A stretch of DNA of 64,000 bases from Escherichia coli 042 (GTDB taxonomy: Bacteria > Pseudomonadota > Gammaproteobacteria > Enterobacterales > Enterobacteriaceae): assembly GCF_000027125.1 (NCBI RefSeq), contig NC_017626.1. One strand, given 5' to 3'. Under the pieces are notes generated by a model. The model made no database searches. It saw only the letters and a program-made list of their open reading frames with translations, and was not told where the DNA came from. Positions 15,471-29,064 of the stretch are shown here, in pieces; positions within the stretch are counted from its first letter, which is position 1, and every line of letters starts with the position of its first letter. A program made the position numbers and the translations under genes.

Positions 15471-17135
15471 ATGGCAATACAACACCCTGACATCCAGCCT
15501 GCTGTTAACCATAGCGTTCAGGTGGCGATCGCTGGTGCCGGTCCGGTCGGGCTGATGATGGCGAACTATCTCGGCCAGATGGGCATTGACGTGCTGGTGG
15601 TGGAGAAACTCGATAAGTTGATCGACTACCCGCGTGCGATTGGTATTGATGACGAGGCGCTGCGCACCATGCAGTCGGTTGGCCTGGTCGATAATGTTCT
15701 GCCGCACACTACGCCGTGGCACGCGATGCGTTTTCTCACCCCAAAAGGTCGCTGTTTTGCTGATATTCAGCCAATGACCGATGAATTTGGCTGGCCGCGC
15801 CGTAACGCCTTTATTCAGCCTCAGGTCGATGCGGTGATGCTGGAAGGATTGTCGCGTTTTCCGAATGTGCGCTGCCTGTTTTCCCGCGAGCTGGAGGCCT
15901 TCAGCCAGCAAGATGACGAAGTGACCTTGCACCTGAAAACGGCAGAAGGGCAGCGGGAAACGGTCAAAGCCCAGTGGCTGGTGGCCTGTGATGGTGGGGC
16001 AAGTTTTGTCCGTCGCACCCTGAATGTGCCGTTTGAAGGTAAAACTGCGCCAAATCAGTGGATTGTGGTAGATATCGCCAACGATCCGTTAAGTACGCCG
16101 CATATCTATTTGTGTTGTGATCCGGTGCGCCCGTATGTTTCTGCCGCGCTGCCTCATGCGGTACGTCGCTTTGAATTTATGGTGATGCCGGGAGAAACCG
16201 AAGAACAGCTGCGTGAGCCGCAAAATATGCGCAAGCTGTTAAGCAAAGTGCTGCCTAATCCGGACAATGTTGAATTGATTCGCCAGCGTGTCTACACCCA
16301 CAACGCGCGACTGGCGCAACGTTTTCGTATTGATCGCGTACTGCTGGCGGGCGATGCCGCGCACATCATGCCGGTATGGCAGGGGCAGGGCTATAACAGT
16401 GGCATGCGCGACGCCTTTAACCTCGCATGGAAACTGGCGTTGGTTATCCAGGGGAAAGCCCGCGATGCGCTGCTCGATACCTATCAACAAGAACGTCGCG
16501 ATCACGCCAAAGCGATGATTGACCTGTCTGTGACGGCGGGCAACGTGCTGGCTCCGCCGAAACGCTGGCAGGGTACGTTACGTGACGGCGTTTCCTGGCT
16601 GCTGAATTATCTGCCGCCAGTAAAACGCTACTTCCTCGAAATGCGCTTCAAGCCGATGCCGCAATATTACGGCGGTGCACTGGTGCGTGAGGGCGAGGCG
16701 AAGCACTCTCCGGTCGGCAAGATGTTTATTCAACCGAAAGTCACGCTGGAAAACGGCGACGTGACGCTACTCGATAACGCGATCGGCGCGAACTTCGCGG
16801 TAATTGGCTGGGGATGCAATCCACTGTGGGGGATGAGCGACGAGCAAATCCAGCAGTGGCGCGCGTTGGGCACACGCTTTATTCAGGTGGTGCCGGAAGT
16901 GCAAATTCATACCGCACAGGATAACCACGACGGCGTACTACGCGTGGGGGATACGCAAGGTCGCCTGCGTAGCTGGTTCGCGCAACACAATGCTTCGCTG
17001 GTGGTGATGCGCCCGGATCGCTTTGTTGCCGCCACCGCCATTCCGCAAACCCTGGGCAAGACCCTGAATAAACTGGCGTCGGTGATGACGCTGACCCGCC
17101 CTGATGCCGACGTTTCTGTCGAAAAGGTAGCCTGA
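15471..17135 (+). CDS. mhpA: 3-(3-hydroxyphenyl)propionate hydroxylase (FAD monooxygenase)
   Basis: 554-aa ORF with GAGPVGL FAD-binding motif. Confidence 0.93.
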   Translation: MAIQHPDIQPAVNHSVQVAIAGAGPVGLMMANYLGQMGIDVLVVEKLDKLIDYPRAIGIDDEALRTMQSVGLVDNVLPHTTPWHAMRFLTPKGRCFADIQPMTDEFGWPRRNAFIQPQVDAVMLEGLSRFPNVRCLFSRELEAFSQQDDEVTLHLKTAEGQRETVKAQWLVACDGGASFVRRTLNVPFEGKTAPNQWIVVDIANDPLSTPHIYLCCDPVRPYVSAALPHAVRRFEFMVMPGETEEQLREPQNMRKLLSKVLPNPDNVELIRQRVYTHNARLAQRFRIDRVLLAGDAAHIMPVWQGQGYNSGMRDAFNLAWKLALVIQGKARDALLDTYQQERRDHAKAMIDLSVTAGNVLAPPKRWQGTLRDGVSWLLNYLPPVKRYFLEMRFKPMPQYYGGALVREGEAKHSPVGKMFIQPKVTLENGDVTLLDNAIGANFAVIGWGCNPLWGMSDEQIQQWRALGTRFIQVVPEVQIHTAQDNHDGVLRVGDTQGRLRSWFAQHNASLVVMRPDRFVAATAIPQTLGKTLNKLASVMTLTRPDADVSVEKVA

Positions 17136-17136
17136 T

Positions 17137-18081
17137 ATGCACGCTTATCTTCACTGTCTTTCCCACTCGCCGCTGGTGGGATATGTCGACCCGGCGCAAG
17201 AGGTACTCGATGAGGTCAATGGCGTGATTGCCAGCGCCCGCGAGCGTATTGCGGCTTTCTCCCCTGAACTGGTGGTGCTGTTTGCGCCAGATCACTACAA
17301 CGGCTTTTTCTATGACGTGATGCCACCGTTCTGTTTAGGCGTTGGAGCGACGGCAATTGGTGATTTCGGCAGTGCGGCAGGAGAGCTGCCCGTGCCTGTT
17401 GAGCTGGCGGAGGCCTGTGCGCATGCCGTCATGAAGAGCGGAATCGATCTTGCCGTTTCTTACTGTATGCAGGTGGACCACGGGTTCGCCCAGCCGCTGG
17501 AGTTCCTGCTCGGTGGGCTGGATAAGGTGCCGGTTCTGCCTGTGTTCATCAACGGTGTCGCCACGCCATTGCCCGGTTTCCAGCGTACCCGCATGTTGGG
17601 GGAAGCCATTGGACGTTTCACCAGCACTCTCAATAAACGCGTGCTGTTCCTTGGGTCCGGTGGGCTTTCCCATCAGCCACCGGTACCAGAACTGGCGAAA
17701 GCCGATGCCCATATGCGCGACCGTCTGTTGGGGAGCGGGAAAGATTTACCCGCCAGTGAGCGCGAATTGCGTCAGCAGCGGGTGATTAGCGCCGCTGAGA
17801 AGTTTGTTGAGGATCAGAGAACGCTGCATCCCCTCAACCCGATTTGGGATAACCAGTTCATGACTTTGCTGGAGCAGGGACGCATACAGGAACTGGATGC
17901 CGTCAGTAACGAAGAGCTTTCCGCCATTGCCGGAAAGTCGACACATGAAATCAAAACCTGGGTCGCCGCTTTTGCCGCTATTTCTGCGTTTGGCAACTGG
18001 CGTAGCGAAGGGCGTTATTACCGCCCAATCCCGGAGTGGATTGCCGGATTTGGCTCGTTAAGCGCCAGAACAGAGAACTGA
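17137..18081 (+). CDS. mhpB: 2,3-dihydroxyphenylpropionate 1,2-dioxygenase (extradiol)
   Basis: 314-aa ORF, second gene of the mhp operon. Confidence 0.92.
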
Positions 18082-18098
18082 ATATGCAGGAGAAGATG

Positions 18099-18965
18099 AT
18101 GAGTTATCAGCCACAAACCGAAGCCGCCACCAGCCGTTTTCTGAATGTAGAAGAAGCGGGTAAAACGCTGCGCATCCATTTTAATGACTGCGGACAAGGC
18201 GACGAAACTGTTGTCCTGCTGCATGGTTCCGGCCCGGGTGCTACTGGCTGGGCGAACTTCAGCCGCAATATCGATCCGCTGGTAGAGGCGGGCTATCGGG
18301 TGATCCTGCTGGATTGTCCGGGTTGGGGTAAGAGCGATTCGATCGTTAATAGTGGTTCGCGATCGGATCTTAATGCGCGAATCCTGAAAAGCGTGGTGGA
18401 TCAACTGGATATCGCCAAAATCCACCTGCTGGGCAACTCGATGGGCGGCCACAGTTCTGTGGCGTTCACTCTTAACTGGCCGGAGCGCGTCGGCAAACTG
18501 GTGCTGATGGGCGGCGGTACGGGCGGCATGAGTTTGTTTACGCCGATGCCAACCGAAGGTATTAAGCGACTGAATCAGCTTTATCGTCAGCCGACTATCG
18601 AAAACCTGAAGCTGATGATGGATATCTTCGTTTTTGATACCAGCGATTTGACCGACGCCCTGTTTGAAGCGCGCCTGAATAATATGCTGTCGCGCCGCGA
18701 TCACCTGGAAAACTTCGTTAAGAGCCTGGAAGCCAATCCGAAACAGTTCCCGGATTTTGGCCCACGTCTGGCGGAAATCAAAGCGCAAACCCTGATTGTC
18801 TGGGGGCGCAACGACCGCTTTGTGCCGATGGATGCGGGTCTGCGTCTGCTGTCCGGCATTGCCGGTTCTGAACTGCATATCTTCCGCGACTGTGGTCACT
18901 GGGCGCAGTGGGAACATGCCGACGCTTTCAATCAACTGGTGCTGAATTTCCTCGCACGCCCTTAA
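18099..18965 (+). CDS. mhpC: 2-hydroxy-6-ketonona-2,4-dienedioate hydrolase (alpha/beta hydrolase)
   Basis: Translation [28 protein letters not shown]... with GNSMGG nucleophile motif; internal start chosen within ORF 18036..18965. Confidence 0.9.
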
Positions 18966-20727
<1,762 letters not shown>

Positions 20728-20731
<4 letters not shown>

Positions 20732-21741
20732 ACGGTAAAAAACTATATATCTCGGACGTCACGTTGCGTGACGGTATGCACGCCATTCGTCATCAGTATT
20801 CGCTGGAAAACGTTCGCCAGATTGCCAAAGCACTGGACGATGCCCGCGTGGATTCGATTGAAGTGGCCCACGGCGACGGTTTGCAGGGGTCCAGCTTTAA
20901 CTATGGTTTCGGCGCACATAGCGACCTTGAATGGATTGAAGCAGCGGCGGATGTGGTGAAGCACGCCAAAATCGCGACGTTGTTGCTGCCAGGAATCGGC
21001 ACTATTCACGATTTGAAAAATGCCTGGCAGGCTGGCGCGCGGGTGGTTCGTGTGGCAACGCACTGTACCGAAGCTGATGTTTCCGCCCAGCATATTCAGT
21101 ATGCCCGCGAGCTCGGAATGGACACCGTTGGTTTTCTGATGATGAGCCATATGACCACGCCAGAGAATCTCGCAAAGCAGGCAAAGCTGATGGAAGGCTA
21201 CGGTGCGACCTGTATTTATGTGGTGGATTCTGGCGGTGCGATGAACATGAGCGATATCCGTGACCGTTTCCGCGCCCTGAAAGCAGTGCTGAAACCAGAA
21301 ACGCAAACCGGCATGCACGCTCACCATAACCTGAGTCTTGGCGTGGCGAACTCTATCGCGGCGGTGGAAGAGGGCTGTGACCGAATCGACGCCAGTCTCG
21401 CAGGAATGGGCGCGGGCGCAGGTAACGCGCCGCTGGAAGTGTTTATTGCCGCCGCGGATAAACTGGGCTGGCAGCATGGGACCGATCTCTATGCGTTAAT
21501 GGATGCCGCTGACGACCTGGTGCGTCCGTTGCAGGATCGTCCGGTACGAGTCGATCGCGAAACGCTGGCGCTGGGATACGCTGGTGTTTACTCCAGCTTC
21601 CTGCGTCACTGTGAAACGGCGGCGGCGCGTTATGGCTTAAGCGCGGTGGATATTCTCGTTGAGCTGGGCAAACGCCGGATGGTTGGCGGCCAGGAGGATA
21701 TGATCGTTGACGTGGCGCTGGATCTGCGCAACAACAAATAA
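20728..21741 (+). CDS. mhpE: 4-hydroxy-2-oxovalerate aldolase
   Basis: 337-aa [26 protein letters not shown]. Confidence 0.93.
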
Positions 21742-21774
21742 TATTGACTGCCGAGAACGTGCATTTTGTATGCC

Positions 21775-21940
21775 CATCCCAGCACGACTGCCGGATGCGG
21801 CGTGAACGCCTTATCCGGCCTACGGATGGCGCGAGAATTTGTAGGCCAGATAAGACGCGTTAGCGTCGCATCAGGCATCTGAGCACGACTGCCGGATGCG
21901 GCGTAAACGTCTTGTTCGGCCTACATTTCGCCTGTAGGCA
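21775..21940. repeat. BIME (several REP copies) between mhpE and mhpT
   Basis: Repeated gccggatgcggcgtgaacgccttatccggcctac type palindromes. Confidence 0.85.
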
Positions 21941-22017
21941 GTCATTAAATGGTTCTGATTACGCGGCTGACAATGTATCAGCCGCGATTCACCTGCACTC
22001 GCAACGAGGTTCATCTT

Positions 22018-23229
22018 ATGTCGACTCGTACCCCTTCATCATCTTCATCCCGCCTGATGCTGACCATCGGGCTTTGTTTTTTGGTCGCTCTGATGGAAGG
22101 GCTGGATCTTCAGGCGGCTGGCATTGCGGCGGGTGGCATCGCCCAGGCTTTCGCACTCGATAAAATGCAAATGGGCTGGATATTCAGCGCCGGAATACTC
22201 GGTTTGCTACCCGGCGCGCTGGTTGGCGGAATGCTGGCGGACCGTTATGGTCGTAAGCGTATTTTAATTAGCTCAGTTGCGCTGTTTGGTTTGTTCTCAC
22301 TGGCAACGGCGATTGCCTGGGATTTCCCCTCACTGGTCTTTGCGCGGCTGATGACCGGTGTCGGGCTGGGGGCGGCGTTGCCGAATCTTATCGCCCTGAC
22401 GTCTGAAGCCGCGGGTCCACGTTTTCGTGGGACGGCAGTGAGCCTGATGTATTGCGGTGTTCCCATTGGCGCGGCGCTGGCGGCGACACTGGGTTTCGCG
22501 GGGGCAAACTTAGCATGGCAAACGGTGTTTTGGGTCGGTGGTGTGGTGCCGTTGATTCTGGTGCCGCTATTAATGCGTTGGCTGCCGGAGTCGGCGGTGT
22601 TCGCTGGCGAAAAACAGGCTGCGCCACCACTGCGTGCCTTATTTGCGCCAGAAACGGCCACCGCGACGCTGCTGCTGTGGTTGTGTTATTTCTTCACTCT
22701 GCTGGTGGTCTACATGTTGATCAACTGGCTACCGCTGCTTTTGGTGGAGCAAGGATTCCAGCCATCGCAGGCGGCAGGGGTGATGTTTGCACTGCAAATG
22801 GGGGCGGCAAGCGGGACGTTAATGTTGGGCGCATTGATGGATAAGCTGCGTCCAGTAACCATGTCGCTACTGATTTATAGCGGCATGTTAGCTTCGCTGC
22901 TGGCGCTGGGAACGGTGTCGTCATTTAACGGTATGTTGCTGGCGGGATTCGTCGCGGGGTTGTTTGCGACAGGTGGGCAAAGCGTTTTGTATGCCCTGGC
23001 ACCGTTGTTTTACAGTTCGCAGATCCGCGCAACAGGTGTGGGAACAGCCGTGGCGGTAGGGCGTCTGGGGGCTATGAGCGGTCCGTTACTGGCCGGGAAA
23101 ATGCTGGCATTAGGTACTGGCACGGTTGGCGTAATGGCCGCTTCAGCGCCGGGTATTCTTGTTGCTGGCCTGGCAGTGTTTATTTTGATGAGCCGGAGAT
23201 CACGAATGCAGCCGTGTGCCGATGCCTGA
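22018..23229 (+). CDS. mhpT: 3-hydroxyphenylpropionate MFS transporter
   Basis: 403-aa membrane protein from the internal ATG MSTRTPSSSSSRLMLTIG. Confidence 0.9.
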   Translation: MSTRTPSSSSSRLMLTIGLCFLVALMEGLDLQAAGIAAGGIAQAFALDKMQMGWIFSAGILGLLPGALVGGMLADRYGRKRILISSVALFGLFSLATAIAWDFPSLVFARLMTGVGLGAALPNLIALTSEAAGPRFRGTAVSLMYCGVPIGAALAATLGFAGANLAWQTVFWVGGVVPLILVPLLMRWLPESAVFAGEKQAAPPLRALFAPETATATLLLWLCYFFTLLVVYMLINWLPLLLVEQGFQPSQAAGVMFALQMGAASGTLMLGALMDKLRPVTMSLLIYSGMLASLLALGTVSSFNGMLLAGFVAGLFATGGQSVLYALAPLFYSSQIRATGVGTAVAVGRLGAMSGPLLAGKMLALGTGTVGVMAASAPGILVAGLAVFILMSRRSRMQPCADA

Positions 23230-23330
23230 CGCGCCTTATTAAGTAGGGGCGAAAGGGACTTGCCCCCAATACACCTACGGCGTTTACAGGTATACTCGCT
23301 AAAAATTATTCAGCGGGTTTGGAAACAAAG

Positions 23331-23870
23331 ATGGCAAAACTTACCTTACAAGAGCAGTTGCTCAAAGCAGGATTAGTCACCAGCAAAAAAGCGGCGAAGG
23401 TCGAGAGAACGGCGAAAAAATCGCGCGTTCAGGCGCGTGAAGCTCGGGCGGCGGTAGAAGAAAATAAAAAGGCACAGCTTGAACGTGATAAACAGCTTAG
23501 CGAGCAGCAAAAACAAGCGGCGTTGGCGAAAGAATATAAAGCTCAGGTGAAGCAGCTCATTGAAATGAACCGAATCACCATTGCTAATGGCGATATTGGT
23601 TTTAACTTCACTGACGGTAATCTGATTAAGAAAATCTTTGTCGATAAGCTCACGCAAGCGCAGTTGATTAATGGTCGTCTGGCGATTGCCCGCTTGTTGG
23701 TCGATAACAATAGCGAAGGTGAATACGCAATTATTCCCGCCAGCGTTGCCGATAAAATTGCTCAGCGTGATGCCAGCAGTATTGTGTTGCACAGCGCGCT
23801 CAGTGCCGAAGAGCAGGATGAAGACGATCCGTATGCCGACTTCAAAGTGCCTGATGATTTGATGTGGTAA
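23331..23870 (+). CDS. yaiL: Uncharacterized protein YaiL (lysine and glutamine-rich)
   Basis: Translation MAKLTLQEQLLKAGLVTSKKAAKVERTAKKSR. Confidence 0.85.
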   Translation: MAKLTLQEQLLKAGLVTSKKAAKVERTAKKSRVQAREARAAVEENKKAQLERDKQLSEQQKQAALAKEYKAQVKQLIEMNRITIANGDIGFNFTDGNLIKKIFVDKLTQAQLINGRLAIARLLVDNNSEGEYAIIPASVADKIAQRDASSIVLHSALSAEEQDEDDPYADFKVPDDLMW

Positions 23871-23880
23871 ACATAGATAA

Positions 23881-23988
23881 GTCGTGCGCAGATGCCTGAT
23901 GCGACGCTATGCGCGTCTTATCATGCCTACGGCCTGCGGGCGAAATGTAGGCGGATAAGGCGTTCACGCCGCATCCGGCAGTCGTGCA
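23881..23988. repeat. REP/BIME elements
   Basis: gcctgatgcgacgc...gcgtcttatcatgcctac and ggcggataaggcgttcacgccgcatccggc. Confidence 0.85.
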
Positions 23989-23994
23989 CTATTA

Positions 23995-24828
23995 TTAACG
24001 CATATTCAGTTTATTGGCGTGGTAGGCAATATGCTCGCCAATAAAACTGGAGACAAAATAATAGCTGTGATCATAACCCTCGTGATAACGGATTAACGTC
24101 TTGATATTCATCTCCTGGCAGATCTTTTCAAGATTTGGAGTCCGCAGCTGTTCTGCGTAAAAATCATCACTCAACCCCTGATCAACCATTATTTCCGCAA
24201 CGCGTTGACCTTGTGAAATAAGGCTCACCGGATCGTAATCCAAGCACGCCTCTTTATTTTCACCAAGATATGCGGTAAAGGCTTGCTGTCCCCACGGTAC
24301 TTGCGATGGGGAGACAATGGGCGAAAACGCCGAGACGCTGACATATTCATCTGGGTTACGTAACGCCAGCACCAGTGCGCCCAGCCCGCCCATAGAATGA
24401 CCTGAGATAGACTTTCTGGCCGTTGCCGGAAAATGTTGCATCACTAAATCCGGCAGCTCGTTGTGGATATAATCATACATTTTGTAATGTTCATTCCACG
24501 GCGCTTGCGTTGCGTTCAGGTAAAACCCGGCACCTTGCCCGAGATCGTAACGGTCGGCATCTGCGACATGACTGCCTCGCGGACTGGTGTCTGGCGCAAC
24601 AACAATAATGTTGTGCTCAGCCGCGTAACGTTGCATCCCCGATTTAGTAATGAAATTCTGCTCGTTGCAAGTCAGCCCTGAAAGCCAGTACAACACCGGC
24701 AATTTTTCACTTGCGGCTTTTGGTGGGAGATAGACGCCGACATTCATTTCACATTTCAGTGATGGGGAATAATGCCGATACACATTTTGCCAGCCGCCAA
24801 AGCTGGCATGTTTTTCAATGAGTTCCAT
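23995..24828 (-). CDS. frmB: S-formylglutathione hydrolase
   Basis: 277-aa esterase with GHSMGG motif, downstream of frmA. Confidence 0.92.
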   Translation of the reverse strand: MELIEKHASFGGWQNVYRHYSPSLKCEMNVGVYLPPKAASEKLPVLYWLSGLTCNEQNFITKSGMQRYAAEHNIIVVAPDTSPRGSHVADADRYDLGQGAGFYLNATQAPWNEHYKMYDYIHNELPDLVMQHFPATARKSISGHSMGGLGALVLALRNPDEYVSVSAFSPIVSPSQVPWGQQAFTAYLGENKEACLDYDPVSLISQGQRVAEIMVDQGLSDDFYAEQLRTPNLEKICQEMNIKTLIRYHEGYDHSYYFVSSFIGEHIAYHANKLNMR

Positions 24829-24919
24829 CAGTCATTATCTCACGGTTAATCCCCCGGACGGCTGCCCGGGGAGAGTATTAAGAACCCCGTCTGAACTGGA
24901 CGGGTAAACCTGCGGGAAA

Positions 24920-26059
<1,140 letters not shown>

Positions 26060-26063
26060 TCAG

Positions 26064-26339
26064 CTATTTAAGATAGGCACGAACCAGTTCAATAGTGTCG
26101 TCAACGGATTGGCTGACTTCGCGGCTGTAGCAGTCATTTCGGTCAAACGTTTCCCGGATATGGCTTTCAAGCACTTCTGCCATCAGCCCGTTAGCCGCGC
26201 CCCGAACGGCAGCGATCTGTTGGAGTATGGCACGGCATTCGGCATCACCCTCCAGCGACCGTTCCAGAGCATCAATCTGCCCCCGAATACGACGAACTCG
26301 AGTAAGGACCTTTTTCTTCTCTTCCGGAGTACTGGGCAT
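26064..26339 (-). CDS. frmR: Formaldehyde-responsive repressor FrmR
   Basis: 91-aa protein [27 protein letters not shown] (CsoR/RcnR family). Confidence 0.92.
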
Positions 26340-26365
26340 TTCGCACCTCATCATCTGCACGCAAT

Positions 26366-26413
26366 ATACTATAGGGGGGTATGCTATATGTCAATGCATA
26401 CCCCCCTATAGTA
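26366..26413. promoter_or_regulatory. frmRAB promoter operator: perfect 19-bp inverted repeat
   Basis: atactataggggggtatgc - 10 nt spacer - gcatacccccctatagtat immediately upstream of frmR. Confidence 0.8.
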
Positions 26414-26455
26414 TATAACACTGGAGAATAAAATTTATCCGGTGAATGTGGTCGG

Positions 26456-26502
26456 AAAACAAAGAGGAAAGGGGGGGGCTAATCGGCAGGGAAGGCCCCC
26501 CC
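26456..26502 (-). terminator. Candidate rho-independent terminator of yaiO
   Basis: On the minus strand a G7/C7 stem (26471-26478 with 26496-26502) is followed by tttcctctttgtttt. Confidence 0.6.
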
Positions 26503-26524
26503 GGATAGCGGGCGGCAGAAGGAA

Positions 26525-27298
26525 TCAGAATTTCCAGGTCAGATGGGCTGCAAGTTGCAGACCGTTATAATCATCGGTTGGGGTGTCGTACCACACTTTA
26601 CCTGCCGTCAGCCCGAGATTAAGTTGCTCAGTCAGCGGTTGAATACGTTGCAGACTGACGCTCTTCATGCTGCCGTAGCGTGTTTCTGGCGTCCAGTCAT
26701 AGGTGTAAGCACCTGTTCCGCGGCTTAGCCATAGTTGCGTATAACCAGTGCCGCGCGGGTCATTCAGACGCACGGAAATCATATTGCTGTAACTACCACC
26801 TGCATCGCTGGAGTCATAATGGGTATAGCGATAGCTGGTGATCACCGGGCCAGTATAGAGGGATACGCCGCCTTGCCAGGCATCGACTTCGACATCATCG
26901 TAATATTTAGTGTAGCGATAACCGGTCGTGAAAAGCGTTTTTGGCAACAGTGCCAGGTTAATATCCTGACGAAAATCCTGGCGGGCAAAGACCGGCGTAT
27001 TATCCGCAAAGGCAATACCCGTTCGGGTTGTCAGCCAGTTATTCCATTTATACCAGACCGCACCCTGACCGCGAGTGGCATTGAAATGTTCAGTTTCATA
27101 ATCACGACGCCCCTGGGAAAGATTAAAAAGCAGCGTTGCGTTTTCAACTTTCGCCACCAGTTCAGCATACGCTAAATTACGGTTGCCATGATCGCCAGAA
27201 TAATCGGTAAAATCGTAGCCCGCGGTAATGGAAGTTAACCCGGCATAAGCGGGCAATGTGCTAAAAATTGCTGCCGCTAATAACGTCCGTTTTATCAT
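26525..27298 (-). CDS. yaiO: Outer membrane beta-barrel protein YaiO
   Basis: 257-aa ORF with signal peptide MIKRTLLAAAIFSTLPAYA, alternating aromatic/hydrophobic strands, C-terminal aromatic ...HLTWKF. Confidence 0.88.
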   Translation of the reverse strand: MIKRTLLAAAIFSTLPAYAGLTSITAGYDFTDYSGDHGNRNLAYAELVAKVENATLLFNLSQGRRDYETEHFNATRGQGAVWYKWNNWLTTRTGIAFADNTPVFARQDFRQDINLALLPKTLFTTGYRYTKYYDDVEVDAWQGGVSLYTGPVITSYRYTHYDSSDAGGSYSNMISVRLNDPRGTGYTQLWLSRGTGAYTYDWTPETRYGSMKSVSLQRIQPLTEQLNLGLTAGKVWYDTPTDDYNGLQLAAHLTWKF

Positions 27299-27299
27299 T

Positions 27300-28010
27300 T
27301 TAATCTCCTGTACGGATAAGTTCTTGTCGGAGTGAATAAGTTCCGGTAGGTAAATTACGTTCTACAATCACGCGCGGGCCAAGTTGCGTGTTCGGGGAAA
27401 TAATTCGCCCAGGCAAAATAATAACTTGTACACCAAGGCGTGAACGCTGCCCGATATAACAACCTAATTTATCGCATTCGGTAGCGATAATTCCCTCTGG
27501 AGTTCGAACAGATACGGGCTGTTGATCCAGACGATGATTACTGGTACGTACTTGTGCGCCCAAATATGTCTGGTTTGCAACTACCGAGTCGGCGATAAAG
27601 CATTGCGGACCAATCGTTGCTTCCGCTTCAATAACCGCATTTTTAATTTCGGTGGCAAAACCAATTTTTACGCCATTGCTGATTATTGTGCCAGGACGAA
27701 TAAACGCATAATTACCTATCAGGCAGTTTGCGCCAATCACTACCGGACCCTGAATAACGGCACCGTGACAAATACGGGTATTCGCGCCGATAACAACTTC
27801 ACCTGCAGTTTCATCAATAATTACCTGGTCTGCAATCTGAATATTTTTCTCTTTAACATTAAGCTTCAGAAAGTTTTTCAGTTCCTGTGACAGAAGGTTG
27901 GGAATAAGCGGTTGACGCTTCCACCAGTGCGGAATAGCGGGTGGGTTTGTCGCGCTGAGGTTCGCGTCCAGTAAAAAAGGCAATAAGTCCATAAATAATC
28001 CAGATGGCAT
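27300..28010 (-). CDS. yaiX: Hexapeptide-repeat (left-handed beta-helix) acyltransferase; start uncertain
   Basis: Repeated [LIV]-G-x-x-x-x hexads (VIGANTRI, VIGANCLIGN, IGPQCFIA); the ORF overlaps the yaiP 3' end by about 150 bp. Confidence 0.75.
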   Translation of the reverse strand: MPSGLFMDLLPFLLDANLSATNPPAIPHWWKRQPLIPNLLSQELKNFLKLNVKEKNIQIADQVIIDETAGEVVIGANTRICHGAVIQGPVVIGANCLIGNYAFIRPGTIISNGVKIGFATEIKNAVIEAEATIGPQCFIADSVVANQTYLGAQVRTSNHRLDQQPVSVRTPEGIIATECDKLGCYIGQRSRLGVQVIILPGRIISPNTQLGPRVIVERNLPTGTYSLRQELIRTGD

Positions 28011-29055
28011 AAGCTAATAATACATACACAACGGAAAGCGGTGCTAAAGGCACCAACAACCAGCAACGATGAAACCAGGCGCTAAAAGCACCAATAACAC
28101 AAACTACGCCGACCCAGATAAGCGGAAACATTGCCAACACCACACCATGCGGCCCGGTGGTAATGAATTCATTAAACCAGGTAGTGAGATAAATCCCAAC
28201 GCCATAAAGCACAACCAACAGCATAGGAAATATACTGAAGATACCGAAGCGGCTAAATAAAAGTCTTTTATGCAGGCGCATACAGACCGCGTAGCCCACA
28301 ATCCAACGCCGCCAGCGACGCCACTCCTCACGCGGGCTGTTGCATTCCTGTGGGTATACGATGCAGCGATTCGCCTGCCGAATACGGTAGCCGTTTGCCA
28401 CCAATGTCCAGGTGAGATCAAGGTCTTCGACTTTAGTACGATCCGAGAAACCGAACTTACGCAATACATCAGTACGGAACATCCCGCAGGCACCGCTGAT
28501 AATAAACGGTGCGCCGCCCACGAGCTGCTGTAGCGTGCGCTTCATAACAATCATCGGCAACTTTACGGTCGCGCGGATGTGTGGTAACAGACCCGCGCCT
28601 TTCAACGCAGTAGAGGGAATGCCGCCTACGGCATCGGCACCGCGCTCAATTTCTGCCAGCATATAGCCCATTCCGTCTTGATCGGGCGGAACATAGGTGT
28701 CGGCATCACTTAAAAAAACCTGGTCGCAGGTGGCGTAATTGAGGCCATTCATCAGCGCACCACCTTTACCGGTATTTTTTTGCGTGACGGCAACAAAGCG
28801 GTCGCCCCATTTGCGTTTGACTTCCTCCATGACCGATTCGGTATTGTCCGTGGAGCCGTCGTTTACGCAAATTACCCGGCAAAAATAAGGGTTACGCAGC
28901 AGATTATCCAGTGACTGTGCCAGACACGGGCCTTCGTTATAAGCAGGTATAATGGCGTCAATACAGCCTTTCTTTTGACTGGGTTTACGTTTTAGCGTAC
29001 TTAAAAACCATAGCAACATTGCTATGGACATACAGATAAATATCCAGGTTTTCAT
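27859..29055 (-). CDS. yaiP: Family-2 glycosyltransferase with integral membrane domain
   Basis: 398 aa; N-terminal TM helix, GT-A core (CVNDGSTD, SDAD, RWRRW), then several C-terminal TM helices. Confidence 0.85.
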   Translation of the reverse strand: MKTWIFICMSIAMLLWFLSTLKRKPSQKKGCIDAIIPAYNEGPCLAQSLDNLLRNPYFCRVICVNDGSTDNTESVMEEVKRKWGDRFVAVTQKNTGKGGALMNGLNYATCDQVFLSDADTYVPPDQDGMGYMLAEIERGADAVGGIPSTALKGAGLLPHIRATVKLPMIVMKRTLQQLVGGAPFIISGACGMFRTDVLRKFGFSDRTKVEDLDLTWTLVANGYRIRQANRCIVYPQECNSPREEWRRWRRWIVGYAVCMRLHKRLLFSRFGIFSIFPMLLVVLYGVGIYLTTWFNEFITTGPHGVVLAMFPLIWVGVVCVIGAFSAWFHRCWLLVPLAPLSVVYVLLAYAIWIIYGLIAFFTGREPQRDKPTRYSALVEASTAYSQPSVTGTEKLSEA

Positions 29056-29064
29056 GCAATTTGC

